Assembly (NCBI GenBank): GCA_030390025.1
Contig: JASTWF010000037.1
Location: forward strand, 1-64,000
DNA from: Squalus acanthias
Lineage: Eukaryota
Length of the DNA: 64,000 nt
Direction of reading: 5' to 3'
In this document: positions 14,934 through 27,481 of the stretch, piece after piece
Numbering within the stretch: the stretch's first letter is position 1
Layout: each line of letters opens with the position of its first letter
Translations under genes and position numbers: made by a program
The notes under the pieces: generated by a model
Database searches by the model: none
Seen by the model: only the letters and a program-made list of their open reading frames with translations
Told to the model about the DNA's origin: nothing

Positions 14934-14959
14934 TGGAGGGGCCGCGAGAACTTTCACAC

Positions 14960-16339
14960 CTCACACTCCTCTCCCTCTCTCACTCCTCTCGCACACCCTC
15001 TCGCACACCCTCTCGCACACCCTCTCTCACTCCTCTCGCACACCCTCTCTCACTCCTCTCGCACACCCTCTCTCACTCCTCTCGCACACCCTCTCTCACT
15101 CCTCTCGCACACCCTCTCTCACTCCTCTCGCACACCCTCTCTCACTCCTCTCGCACACCCTCTCTCACTCCTCTCGCACACCCTCTCTCACTCCTCTCGC
15201 ACACCCTCTCTCACTCCTCTCGCACGCCCTCTCTCACTCCTCTCGCACACCCTCTCTCACTCCTCTCGCACACCCTCTCTCACTCCTCTCGCACACCCTC
15301 TCTCACTCCTCTCGCACACCCTCTCTCACTCCTCTCGCACACCCTCTCTCACTCCTCTCGCACACCCTCTCTCACTCCTCTCGCACACCCTCTCTCACTC
15401 CTCTCGCACACCCTCTCTCACTCCTCTCGCACACCCTCTCACTCCTCTCGCACACCCTCTCTCACTCCTCTCGCACACCCTCTCTCACGCCTCTCGCACA
15501 CCCTCTCTCACGCCTCTCGCACACCCTCTCTCACTCCTCTCTCACTCCTCTCTCCCTCCTCTCTCCCTCCTCTCTCACTCCTCTCTCACTCCTCTCTCAC
15601 TCCTCTCTCACTCCTCTCTCACTCCTCTCTCACTCCTCTCTCACACCCTCTCTCACTCCTCTCGCACACCCTCTCTCACCCACTCTCGCACACCCTCTCT
15701 CACTCCTCTCTCACTCCTCTCACCCACTCTCGCACACCCTCTCTCACTCCTCTCGCACACCCTCTCTCCTCTCGCACACCCTCTCTCACTCCTCTCGCAC
15801 ACCCTCTCTCACTCCTCTCGCACACCCTCTCTCACTCCTCTCGCACACCCTCTCTCACTCCTCTCGCACACCCTCTCTCACTCCTCTCGCACACCCTCTC
15901 TCACTCCTCTCGCACACCCTCTCTCACTCCTCTCGCACACCCTCTCTCACTCCTCTCGCACACCCTCTCTCACTCCTCTCGCACACCCTCTCTCACTCCT
16001 CTCGCACACCCTCTCACTCCTCTCGCACACCCTCTCTCACTCCTCTCGCACACCCTCTCTCACGCCTCTCGCACACCCTCTCTCACGCCTCTCGCACACC
16101 CTCTCTCACTCCTCTCTCACTCCTCTCTCACTCCTCTCTCACTCCTCTCTCACTCCTCTCTCACTCCTCTCTCACTCCTCTCTCACTCCTCTCTCACACC
16201 CTCTCTCACTCCTCTCGCACACCCTCTCTCACCCACTCTCGCACACCCTCTCTCACTCCTCTCGCATACCCTCTCTCACTCCTCTCGCACACCCTCTCTC
16301 ACCCACTCTCGCACACCCTCTCTCACCCACTCTCACACT

Positions 16340-16340
<1 letters not shown>
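14960..16340. repeat. Minisatellite, 23-bp unit CACTCCTCTCGCACACCCTCTCT
   Basis: Visible tandem units. Confidence 0.93.
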
Positions 16341-17100
<760 letters not shown>

Positions 17101-17635
17101 CATTTCTAGCCTGACTCATCCCTATCCCCGTTCGTCTACCTTTCCGCTGGACTTTATTTCTCTCCTATCCCGTCAGTACCAATTTGTGTATTTATGAAGT
17201 AATTTCGGTTTGGATTTCATGTATTGAAAGGGACATTGGGAGAGATTGTAGGCGATGCCTCCTTTTCGAATGCAACTCTGGTCCACTGCTTGGGAAATCG
17301 AGCTTTGCAAGTTAGGGAAGCCGTTTACCCCTCCCAGGAAATTTTTTTTTTCTTAAGTACGTTGTAAACGACTTTTCGGATCTGAAACTGTTACATCTAA
17401 ACTGTTACTGCGTAAACTATTGCGGCTATACTGCGACGTGGAAACCATCGAACCCGTTGCCCCGCAACCGTTACAACCCGTCACATCGAAACTGTCCAAA
17501 CTGCTGTAACGGATTAGATGGTTTCGATTATATCAAATCCAGGACAGACGAGGGATCGAATCTGGGACCTGCGGGGCCTCCTGCTCCCTCAGGACAAGAC
17601 CTACCCCCGCCCCCTGCCTCCCACCTCCTTCCTGG

Positions 17636-17920
17636 GTCATAAATATAAGATAGTCACTACTAAATCCAATAGGGAATTCAGGAGAAACTTCTTTACCCAG
17701 AGAGTGGTGAGAATGTGGAACTCGCTACCACAGGGAGTGGTTGAGGTGAATAGCACAGATACATTTAAGGGGAAGCTAGATAAACACACGAGGGAGAAAG
17801 GAATAGAAGGAGATGTTGATGGGGTGAGATGAAGAGGGGTGGGAGGAGGCTGGTGTGGAGCAGAAACACCGGCACGGACCAGTTGGGCCGACTGGCCTGT
17901 TCCTGTGCTGTATGTTCCAT
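17636..17920 (+). mobile_element. CR1-clade LINE 3' fragment
   Basis: Encodes the CR1 ORF2 C-terminus (RRNFFTQRVVRMWNSLP) followed by the 3' UTR seen in other copies. Confidence 0.85.
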
Positions 17921-18264
17921 GTAACTGAATGAAATCAGTTGTTTTTCCAGGTTCGATTTTCCCGGATTGCTTTCCGTGCCGCAAACTTGTTTTCCGATTT
18001 CATTCCCTGTTTTCTTCTTTTGTAAAGCGCAGAAATGATGGCGTGAATCAATCAATTGATCGATGTCACAGGCAGTGTAGTTTGATATTGATCCTGTCTC
18101 GCTGCACGGTGCATGCTGGGTGTTGACTGGCGCCGGGTGTCCTGTGGCTGTTTGTGTCTCCATGCCAACTCATCTGTATTCAGACTGCAAATTGCATAAG
18201 CTGTCTGCCCACCAGAGGCCCAGGAGCTGGGATACGAAGGACTGATGTTCAGTTGTAATACTCG

Positions 18265-19030
18265 GCACCTGCAATGGGAGTGTTTGATGGGACAGTGTAG
18301 AGGGAGCTTTACTCTGTCTCTAACCCCGTGCTGTACCTGCCCTGGGAGTGTTTGATGGGGACAGGGTAGAGGGAGCTTTACTCTGTATCTAACTCGTGCT
18401 GTACCTGCCCTGGGAGTGTTTGATGGGACAGTGTAGAGGGAGCTTTACTCTGTATCTAACCCCGTGCTGTACCTGTCCTGGGAGTGTTTGATGGGGACAG
18501 TGTAGAGGGAGCTTTACTCTGTATCTAACTCGTGCTGTACCTGCCCTGGGAGTGTTTGATGGGACAGTGTAGAGGGAGCTTTACTCTGTATCTAACCCGT
18601 GCTGTACCTGCCCTGGGAGTGTTTGATGGGACAGTGTAGAGGGAGCTTTACTCTGTATCTAACCCGTGCTGTACCTGCCCTGGGAGTGTTTGATGGGACA
18701 GTGTAGCAGGAGCTTTAATCTGTATCTAACCCATGCTGTACCTGCCCTGGGAGTGTTTGATGGGACAGTGTAGAGGGAGCTTTACTCTGTATCTAACTCG
18801 TGCTGTACCTGCCCTGGGAGTGTTTGATGGGACAGTGTAGAGGGAGCTTTAATCTGTATCTAACCCTTCCTGTACCTGCCCTGGGAGTGTTTGATGGGAC
18901 AGTGTAGAGGGAGCTTTACTCTGTATCTAACCCGTGCTGTACCTGCCCTGGGAGTGTTTGATGGGACAGTGTAGAGGGAGCTTTACTCTATCTAACCCGT
19001 CCTGTACCTGCCCTGGGAGTGTTTGATGGG
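18265..19030 (+). repeat. Tandem array, ~67-bp unit GGGAGTGTTTGATGGGACAGTGTAGAGGGAGCTTTACTCTGTATCTAACCCGTGCTGTACCTGCCCT (~11 copies)
   Basis: Visible units; the same family occurs inverted at 58620-59225. Confidence 0.95.
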
Positions 19031-19529
19031 TGACTGGCTGAGGCCTCAGCGGATGGCCAACGCAGGTGGAACTGGCTGCAACGAATGGATGACCCTTCAG
19101 AAGAGGGGAAGCAGTAAATGGGAAGGGGGAAAAAAGTCTCCGTCGCGGGGGAGGAAATAAGGCTGATGTGGGAATGATGCTCTGAAGTTAGTGTGTCGGG
19201 GCGGGTGGAAAAAGCTTTGCGAAGTTTTGATGGTCGCAAGATTTACGATTTGGTGAAAAAAGATATTAATTGCAGGGTCCAAACAAATAGTGAAATACAT
19301 AAACTGTCAGGAGAGGTTGAGGGAAATATCTTTATTTTTTTTGAAGAGAAAAACAGAAAAACCTATTCATGAGGATGACAGACGCCTGGCACTGCGTCCC
19401 CCCCGAATGATTTAGCCTCTTGGGCAAGATTGCTCGGGCTGAATTTCAACAGAGGCGCAAGTGTTTTATTCATGACTATTTCAGATTTCCCCCTGTAGTT
19501 TTTCTCCCTGTTTCTTGCTTGTATCTCTG

Positions 19530-20452
19530 CAGGCTCCCCTGTCCTAGACATCGGGCCTGAGGCCCACTCCCAGGCTTCCCTGTCCTAGACACCGGGCCTG
19601 AGGCCCACTCCCAGGCTCCCCTGTCCTAGACACCGGGCCTGAGGCCCACTCCCAGGCTTCCCCGTCCTAGACATCGGGCTTTAGGCCCACCCCCAGGCTT
19701 CCCTCTCCTAGACATCGGGCTTTAGGCCCACTCCCAGGCTTCCCTCTCCTAGACATCGGGCTTGAGGCCCACTCCCAGGCTTCCCTCTCCTAGACATCGG
19801 GCTTGAGGCCCACCCCCAGGCTTCCCTCTCCTAGACAACGGGCTTGAGGCCCACTCCCAGGCTTCCCTGTCCTAGACATCGGGCTTGAGGCCCACCCCCA
19901 GGCTTCCCTCTCCTAGACAACGGGCTTGAGGCCCACTCCCAGGCTTCCCTGTCCTAGACATCGGGCTTGAGGCCCACTCCCAGGCTTCCCTGTCCTAGAC
20001 ATCGGGCTTGAGACCCACTCCCAGGCTTCCCTCTCCTAAACATCGGGCTTGAGGCCCACTCCCAGGCTTCCCTCTCCTAGACAACGGGCTTGAGGCCCAC
20101 TCCCAGGCTTCCCTGTCCTAGACATCGGGCTTGAGGCCCACGCCCAGGCTTTTCCCTCCTAGACAGCGGGCTTGAGGCCCACCCCCAGGCTTCCCTCTCC
20201 TAGACAACGGACTTGAGGCCCACTCCCAGGCTTCCCCGTCCTAGACATCCGGCTTTAGGCCCACTCCCAGGCTTCCCTCTCCTAAACAACGGGCTTGAGG
20301 CCCACTCCCAGGCTTCCCTCTCCTAGACAACGGACTTGAGGCCCACTCCCAGGCTTCCCTCTCCTAGACATCAGGCTTTAGGCCCACTCCCAGGCTTCCC
20401 TGTTCTAGACAACGGGCTTGAGGCCCACTCCCAGGCTTCCCTCTCCTAGACA
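19530..20452. repeat. Tandem array, 41-bp unit CCCAGGCTTCCCTCTCCTAGACATCGGGCTTGAGGCCCACT (~22 copies)
   Basis: 41-bp periodicity, e.g. 19861 vs 19902. Confidence 0.95.
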
Positions 20453-20459
20453 TTCATGA

Positions 20460-20870
20460 CCTCAGGATGTTCTGAAGCACTTTACAGCCAATGAAGCACT
20501 CCTGACGTTGTAATCACTGTTGTAATGTGGAAAACACGGCAGCCAATTTGCGCACAGCAAGCTCCCACAAACAGCAATGAGATAAATGACCAGATAAATT
20601 GTTTTAGTGATGTTGGTTGAGGGATAAATATTGGCCCCAGGACACTGGGAAGAACTCTTCCCCTGCTCTTCTTTCAAATAGTGGCCGTGGGATCTTTTAC
20701 GTCCACCTGAGAGGCCAGACAGGGCCTCGGTTTAACGTCTCATCCGAAAGACGGCACCTCAGACAATGCAGCGCTCCCTCAGCACTGGCACTGAAGTATC
20801 GGCCTAGATTTTTGTGCTCAAGTCTCGAACCCACAACCTTCTGACTCGCAGGCGAGAGAGTGCTACCGAC
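20460..20870 (-). mobile_element. tRNA-derived SINE (DeuSINE/SacSINE1-like)
   Basis: tRNA-like head with B box (GGTTCGAGAC on -) and conserved body TTGCTGTGCGCAAATTGGCTGCC, repeated many times in the window. The family name is from recollection, not a search. Confidence 0.75.
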
Positions 20871-21384
20871 AGGAATGAGATGGGCTGTGATAGCCACGAA
20901 TATCCCGGTCCGACGTCTAGGGGTGTGTGTGTGCGCGTGTACGCAAGGTTTTCAGTGTGTGGTAGCGCTGTACCACCAGTGTGTGTCAACACCTTAAGGG
21001 TGAGAGAGGAAAATGTTTGCAGTGTCCAAACTCGCGCCAAGTCCTGTTTAATAAATATTGACCAGGACACCGTGTCGGGGGGATCTTTTCTATCCAACTG
21101 AGTTCGCGAGGAGCAACCCCATTTTCCCCCCCTCCCCTCGACCACACGCGCACCCACCACACGCAGAATACAGAAGGGGGGGTGTATTCTGTGCCATAAA
21201 CCACGGAATCATTCGACAGATAAAGTCGTGCGAATTCGCCCAGTGGCTGAAGCCAGCTGTCTGGCTCCAGTTCAGCAAGTGACAAGTGAACAAGCGAAGA
21301 CTGTGGGATTTGAAAACTCCTTTAGGGAAGGGGATAGTCAGAACACCACTCCCAGTGACATATTACAAAAGGAAGAAAAAACAA

Positions 21385-21610
21385 CTCTTTATTTCGACAG
21401 CGCCTATCCCCCCACCAACCCCCTCAGGACGTCCCAAAGCGCCCCTGAAGTCCCTTTGATGTGTCGTCACTGTTGTAATGTAGGAAACGCGGCAGCCAAT
21501 TTGCGCACAGCAAGCTCCCACAAAACAGTAACGTGATCATGACCAGATCATCTTTTTTTAGTGATGTTGCTTGAGGGATAAATATTGGCCCCTGCTCTTC
21601 CTCGAAACAG
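21385..21610 (-). mobile_element. Partial SINE, same family
   Basis: GGCAGCCAATTTGCGCACAGCAAGCTCCCACA body. Confidence 0.7.
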
Positions 21611-21734
21611 TGCCCTTCATAGCCCTTGGAGAGAGGCCGGGTTATCAAGGTCAGGAAAAAGCCCAGCAAGAAATAACTGGCGTTCTTTCATTAATTTTTA
21701 AAATTCTATGCTTGAGTATATCTCATCGAAACAG

Positions 21735-22490
21735 ATAAAATTCTGACCGGTCTGGACAAACTAGATGCAGGAAGAATGTTCCCGATGGTCGGAGAGTCCA
21801 GAACCAGGGGTCATAATCTAAGGATAAGGGGTAAGCCATTTAGGACTGAGATGAGGAGGAATTTCTTCACCCAGAGAGTGGTGAACCTGTGGAATTCTCT
21901 ACCACAGAAGGTAGTTGAGGCCAAGTCATTAAATATATTCAAGAATGAGTTAGATATATTTCTTAAAGCTAAAGGTATCAAGGGATATGGGGAGAAGGCA
22001 GGGACAGGGTACTGAGTTTAGATGATCAGCCATGATCTCAATGAATGGCGGAGCAGGCTCGAGGGGCCGAATGGCCTACTCCTGCTCCTCTCTTCTATGT
22101 TTAAAGGGTGATCTAATCAAGTTGTTTAAGATGATTAAAGGATTTGACAGGATAGACAGAGAGAAACTATTTCCTCTGGTGGGGGGAGTCCAGAACAAGG
22201 GGGCGTCACCTTAAAATCAGAGCCAGGCCGTTCAGGGCTGATGTCAGGAAGCACTTCTTCACACAAAGGGTGGTGGAAATCTGGAACTCTCTCCCCCAAA
22301 AAGCTGCTGAGGCCGGGGGGTCAACTGAACATTTCAAAACTGAGGTCGATAGATTTTTGTTAGGCAAGGGATTAAGGATTACGGACCCAAGGAGGGTAGA
22401 TGGAGTTGAGATACAGATCAGCCACGATCTGATTGAATGGCGGAAGAGGCTCGAGGGGCTGAATGGCCTCCTCTTGGTCCTATGTTCCTA
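21735..22490 (+). mobile_element. Two consecutive CR1 LINE 3' fragments
   Basis: RTRGHNL...RRNFFTQRVVNLWNSLP, then a second copy with VEIWNSLP; both end in the CR1 3' UTR (GAATGGCGGAGCAGGCTCGAGGGG). Confidence 0.85.
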
Positions 22491-22714
22491 CAGATGCATG
22501 CTATGCACAAAGCTTTTAGAGAGAGGGGATGGAACTATCATTGCACCCCTTACACAATACCGATGTTGAACCAGGGTCAAACTATCCAAGTCTCCCTTTT
22601 CTTATCATTGTCTCTTGTTGTTATATCTCCCGCTATATCTAAAAAAAACACACAAACATTTTTCATTTTCCTATTGTGGGGGGGGGCTTCACTTTTAAAA
22701 CTAGGGGCAATTAA

Positions 22715-22980
22715 TTATAAGGTAGCCACCAGTAAATCCAGTAAGGAATTCAGGAGAGACTTCTTTACCCAGAGAGTGGTGAGAATGTGGAACTTGCTAC
22801 TACAGGGAGTGGTTGAGGCGAATAGCATTTAAAGGGAAGCTAGATAAACACATGAGGGAGAAAGGAATAGAAGGAGATGCTGATAGGGTGAGATGAAGTA
22901 GGGGTGGGAGGAGGCTGGTGTGGAGCATAAACACCGGCACGGACCAGTTGGGCCGAATGGCCTGTTTCTGTGCTGTAAAT
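22715..22980 (+). mobile_element. CR1 LINE 3' fragment
   Basis: RRDFFTQRVVRMWN; near-copy of 17636-17920. Confidence 0.8.
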
Positions 22981-23297
22981 ACCATGGGATTCTGGGATTA
23001 ACAGCTCCCCTCCCTCATGTTTGTTTAACAGTCGGCAGTTGGCCCGCACTGGGAGCTGGAGCCCGAGTCATTGCTCGGAGCTGGCCTCCCCGAGACTCCA
23101 GCGTTATCTGGAACAATTAGCAGTGACGCGGCGGAGGGAGGAAGTGATAAAGAATCGACTGACGTGTTTCTGTGCTGTAAATACTATCTATCCCTGCCCA
23201 AATTAACCTTGATGCGGAGATGCCGGTGTTGGACTGGGGTGGACAAAAATGAGAAGTCGCACAACACCAGGTTATAGTCCAACAGTTTTATTTGAAA

Positions 23298-23334
23298 TCA
23301 CGAGCTTTCGGAGCGCTGCTCCTTCGTCAGGTAA
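23298..23334 (-). ncRNA. Minimal type I hammerhead ribozyme in Penelope pseudo-LTR
   Basis: UUAC-CUGACGA-A-GGAGC-AGC-GCUCC-GAA-AGCU-C-GUGA: catalytic core, perfect stem II, palindromic stem III. Confidence 0.7.
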
Positions 23335-23812
23335 AGTGAGGGAATACAAATCAGATACAAAGCATATATAGACAGAGAACAATGTGTTTCTGACTGCCCT
23401 CCATCACACCACCTCGGCAGAGATACAATCAGTCAGGAAGGCATTACATCAAAGACACAGCAGAGTACAGCTAAGACAACGAGGTGGGGTCACAGGGGGT
23501 CCAACGTGTCAAATGCTGCAGTCTGCAGTTAAGCTTTTAACTTTTTTTAAAACTGGAAATCACATCTGTGAACCAGACAACGACGACTCTAGTCTGGATG
23601 ACTCTACGTCATGTAGCGTGACATGAAACCAAGATCCCGGTTGAGGCCGTCCTCATGGGTGCGGAACTTGGCTATCAGTTTCTGCTCGATGATTTTGCGT
23701 TGTCTTGTGTCTCGAAGGCCGCCTTGGATGTGATGTGGTGTGATGGAGGGCAGTCAGAAACACATTGTTCTCTGTCTATATATGCTTTGTATCTGATTTG
23801 TATTCCCTCACT

Positions 23813-23849
23813 TTACCTGACGAAGGAGCAGCGGTCCGAAAGCTCGTGA
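23813..23849 (+). ncRNA. Minimal hammerhead ribozyme, inverted copy (one stem II mismatch)
   Basis: TTACCTGACGAAGGAGCAGCGGTCCGAAAGCTCGTGA. Confidence 0.6.
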
Positions 23850-24141
23850 TTTCAAATAAAACTGTTGGACTATAACCTGGTGTTGTGCGACTTCTCAAAT
23901 TAACCTTGGCGTTAATGTGCTCCCATTGTGGGGGTGGAGCAACGTCTGGGGTTCAGTGCCAGTCTGTGCTCAGTCAGCCTATCTGGTAGGTGGTAAGAGG
24001 GATCCAGTACAAGCGCTTCAGCACCCCTGGGCCGGGAGGGAGGCAGGGGTGGGCTGGTGAGGGGTGGAAGCTCATCCAGGGTTCCCGCCCTGATGGTGGG
24101 GAAATATGTAGATGTTGGGTCAGACAGACAGATAGAAAGAA

Positions 24142-24560
24142 AGACTTGCATTTCTACAGTGACGTCCCAAAGTGCTTTACAGCCAATGAGGTACTTTTGA
24201 AGTGTAGTCACTGTTGTAATATAGGAAACGTGGCAACCAAATTGCGCACAGCAAGCTCCCACAAACAGCAATGTGATAATGACCAGATAATCTGTTTCAG
24301 TGATGTTGATTGAGGGATAAATATTGGCCCCAGGACACCAGGAAGAACTCCCCCCTGCTCTTCTTCGCAGTAGTGGCCATGGGATCTTTTACGTCCACCT
24401 GAGAGGCCAGACAGGGCCTCGGTTTAACGTCTCACCCGAAAGACGGCACCTCAGACAATGCAGCGCTCCCTCAGTACTGCACTGGAGTGGCAGCCTAGAT
24501 TTTTGTGCTCAAGTCTCGAACCCACAACCTTCTGACTCGGAGGCGAGAGAGTGCTACCGA
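24142..24560 (-). mobile_element. tRNA-derived SINE (DeuSINE-like)
   Basis: Near-copy of 20460-20870. Confidence 0.75.
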
Positions 24561-24729
24561 CAGGATTGAGATGGGCTGTGATATCCTCGAATATCCCGGT
24601 CCGACGTCTAGGTGTGTGTGTGTGCGTGTACGTAAGGTTTTCAGTGTGTGGTAGCACTGTACCACCAGTGTGTATCAACACCTTAAGGGTGAGAGAGGAA
24701 AATGTTTGCAGTATCCAAACTCGCGCCAA

Positions 24730-25130
24730 GTCCTGTTTACCCATCACCCCCTCTGTGCCCGCTGACCTACATTGGCTCCCGGTCCGGCAACGCCTCAAAT
24801 TTAAAATTCTCATCCACCCTCCATGGCCTCGCCCACTCCCTCTCTCTGTAACCTCCTCCAGCCCTACAACCCTCCGAGATCTCTGCGCTCCTCCAGTTCT
24901 GGCCTCTCGCGCATCCCTGATTTTCATCACTACTCCACCATTGTCGGCCGTGCCTTCGGCTGCCGGGGCCCTAAGCTCTGGAATTCCCTCCCTAAACCTC
25001 TCCGCCTCTCTCCTCCTCAAGAAGCTCCTTAAATCTGACCACTTGTCACCTGCCCTAATATCTCCTTATGTGGCTCTGTGTCAAACTTTTGTCTGATAAC
25101 GCTTCTGTGAAGCGCCTTGAGACGTTTTGC
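24730..25130 (+). mobile_element. L2-type LINE 3' fragment; its tail resumes at 25880 after a MITE
   Basis: PITP..ADLHWLPVRQRLKFKIL and RAFGCRGPKLWNSLP motifs. Confidence 0.75.
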
Positions 25131-25133
25131 TAT

Positions 25134-25876
25134 GGCCCAGAAATTAGGCTCCCTGGCTTCCCGCGGGTGCAAGGATCCCGCGCGCACCTACCTACCGCGC
25201 CTGCCGTTGAGCTCTGGGCCCACGGGGACTTCAGCTCCTGGGCCTCCTGCAGCTGCCGGCACGCAGTGCTTGTGTATCCCAGGGGCGTAGTTAGTGCGAT
25301 GCGTCCCCTGGGATCACGTGGGCCATGGAGAGCCAATGGCAGCAGACCATCTTTCATTCATAGATTTGACAGGAAGACCTGTCAAATCTATGAATTGAAA
25401 TCGGCCCCAAAACAACACCTAAACTTCAAATAAATTTTTTTAAAAACCATCACAATTTTTAAAATAACTATAAGTTAAATAAATTAACTACTTTAAACAA
25501 AAATTAAAATTTTTGAAAAAATTAAAATACAGTGCTAAAAATAAACTTACCTTTCTTTAAAGTATCTAAAAAAGATAAACCTGTTGAAAAATTTTTTAAA
25601 TTGTAATTAATTAACCACTTACCTTGTTAAAAACGGGTCCTGCGCCTCCTTCTTCAAAACTTACCCTCCCGGAGAAACCTGGAAAAAAACCTAAGTTCGC
25701 TGCGTGCGTGCAGCCTCTCCCGCGCGCGCGGTTCACCTCTCAACCCCTCCCTTCACGAGACCGGAAGTTCCGGTTTCCCGCGCATGCGCAGTGCATGCAG
25801 GAAACCGGCACTTCAGGAGACCTTACGGGTGAGTACACAGCACGTACTCACCCGACAAGCGCCGAATTTTTGGCCC
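25134..25876. mobile_element. Putative MITE or non-autonomous DNA transposon
   Basis: Imperfect 16-bp TIRs (GGCCCAGAAATTAGGC vs reverse complement GGGCCAAAAATTCGGC, 13/16), a 3-bp TAT duplication and an AT-rich core. It splits an L2 tail that is intact at 42221-42255. Confidence 0.6.
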
Positions 25877-25904
25877 TATGTTAAAAGCACTATAGAAATG
25901 CAAT

Positions 25905-26460
25905 ATGCTAATCCTTTACAAATCACTGGTTAGGCCTCAGCTGGAGTATTGTGTCCAATTCTGGGCACCGCACTTTAGGAAGGATGTCAAGGCCTTGGAG
26001 AGGGCGCGGAGGAGATTTACGAGAATGGTACCGGGGATGAGGGACTTCAGTGATGTGGAGAGACTGGAGAAGCTGGGGTTGTTCTCCTCGGAGCAGAGAA
26101 AGTTGAGAGGAGATTTAATAGAGGCGTTCAAAATCATGAGAGATTTTGATAGAGTAAATGAGGATAAACTGCTTCCACTGGCAGGAGGGTCGGTAACCAG
26201 AGGACACAGATTAAAGGCTATTGGCAAAAGAACCAGAGGGGGGAGATGCGGAGAATTTTTTTTACGCAGCGAGTTGTTGTGATCTGGACTGCGCTGCCTG
26301 AAAGGGCGGGGGAAGCAGATTCAATAGTAACTTTCAAAAGGGAATTGGTTAAATACTTGAAGGGGGCAAATTTGCAGGGCGAGGGGTGGGGAGTGGGACT
26401 AATTGGAGAGCTCTTTCAAAGAGCCAGCACAGGCACGATGGGCCCAATGGTGCTGTGTGA
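25905..26460 (+). mobile_element. CR1 LINE ORF2 3' fragment
   Basis: LYKSLVRPQLEYCVQFWAP...LRGDLIEAFKIM...TRGH. Confidence 0.9.
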
Positions 26461-26629
26461 CTCTCTGATTCTAACAATAACATGGAACAAGGTGCGCAAA
26501 CAAATCTTGAGTGACTCATTGATTGGAGCAGGTCAGTATCTTGATTTGCACACAGTGTTGGGAGTTAATCTCCTGTACTTAGACCTTTGGTGGTGATATG
26601 CACACAGTAAAGAGGCTGCCTTGCCGTCA

Positions 26630-27200
26630 TTCAATAGTAACTTTCAAAAAGGGAATTGGAATAATACTTGAAAGTGGGGAAAATATGCAGAGCAAAGAGC
26701 TGGGTGGGGGGGGCGGTGGGGTTGAGTGGGACTAGTTGGACAGCTCTTTCAAAGAGCTGGCACAGGCACGATGGGCCGAGTGGCCTCCTTCTGTGCCTGA
26801 TGATTCATAGAAAGATAGAAAAATAGGAGCAGGAGGAGGCCATTCGGCCCTTCGAGCCTGCTCCGCCATTCAATATGATCGTGGCTGATCCTCCATCTCA
26901 ATACCATATTCCCGCTCTCTCCCCCATACCCCTTGATGCCTTTTGTGTCGAAGTGTCCCTGGCACTTGATAAATCTCCTGAGTACAGTGGCCTTTTCAGC
27001 TGTGAAAACTCTCCCTCAAAAGGGTTGAGGCTGGCGTGGGGGGGGGGTCAATTGAAAATGTCAAAATTGTGACAATATTTGTTAGGCGAGGGTATTCAGG
27101 GTTACGGAACTGAGGCGGACAGATGGAGTTAAGATGCCGATCAGCCTCTCATTGAATGGCGGAACAGGCTCGAGGGGCAGAATGGCCTCCTCCTGTTATA
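26630..27200. mobile_element. Cluster of short CR1 3'-end fragments in both orientations
   Basis: CR1 3' UTR motifs on + (26630-26800, 27000-27200) and - (26810-26940). Confidence 0.65.
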
Positions 27201-27481
27201 TTTCTTAAAGGTGGAGAGAGCGGTGAAGAGGCAAAGAGGTTTAGGGAGCAAATTCCAGAGCTAGAGTAAGAGGGGATCCAATGGTCGCGTTCAACTTTAT
27301 GAAGGGTTTTTTGATGAGGTAAATTGGGAAAAGCTATTTCCGCTGGTTGGTCAGTTGGTAACTGAAGGGAATCACGGTAAGTCATTGCCAGAGGAACACG
27401 TAGAGAGTTCTACGACGTATTTATTTTTCTGTCATTTTTTCCTCCCCCCGCCCCCCCCCCCCCCCCCCCCTGTTATTACAG

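Larger units (their letters stand above)
23212..23897 (-). mobile_element. 5'-truncated Penelope-like element with inverted pseudo-LTR
   Basis: ~160-bp inverted arms (23250-23412 and 23735-23897). A GIY-YIG endonuclease C-terminal remnant QGGLRDTRQRKIIEQKLIAKFRTHEDGLNRDLGFMSRYMT* lies at 23604-23726(-). TSD AATTAACCTTG at 23201-23211 and 23898-23908. Confidence 0.85.

Noticed and set aside
18265..20452. CRISPR-like regular repeats
   Set aside because: No unique spacers, no cas genes, eukaryotic context.
27355..27481. N-terminal part of the 882-aa ORF (poly-Pro)
   Set aside because: It is the intronic polypyrimidine tract before the acceptor at 27480-81; the TTG start is not credible.
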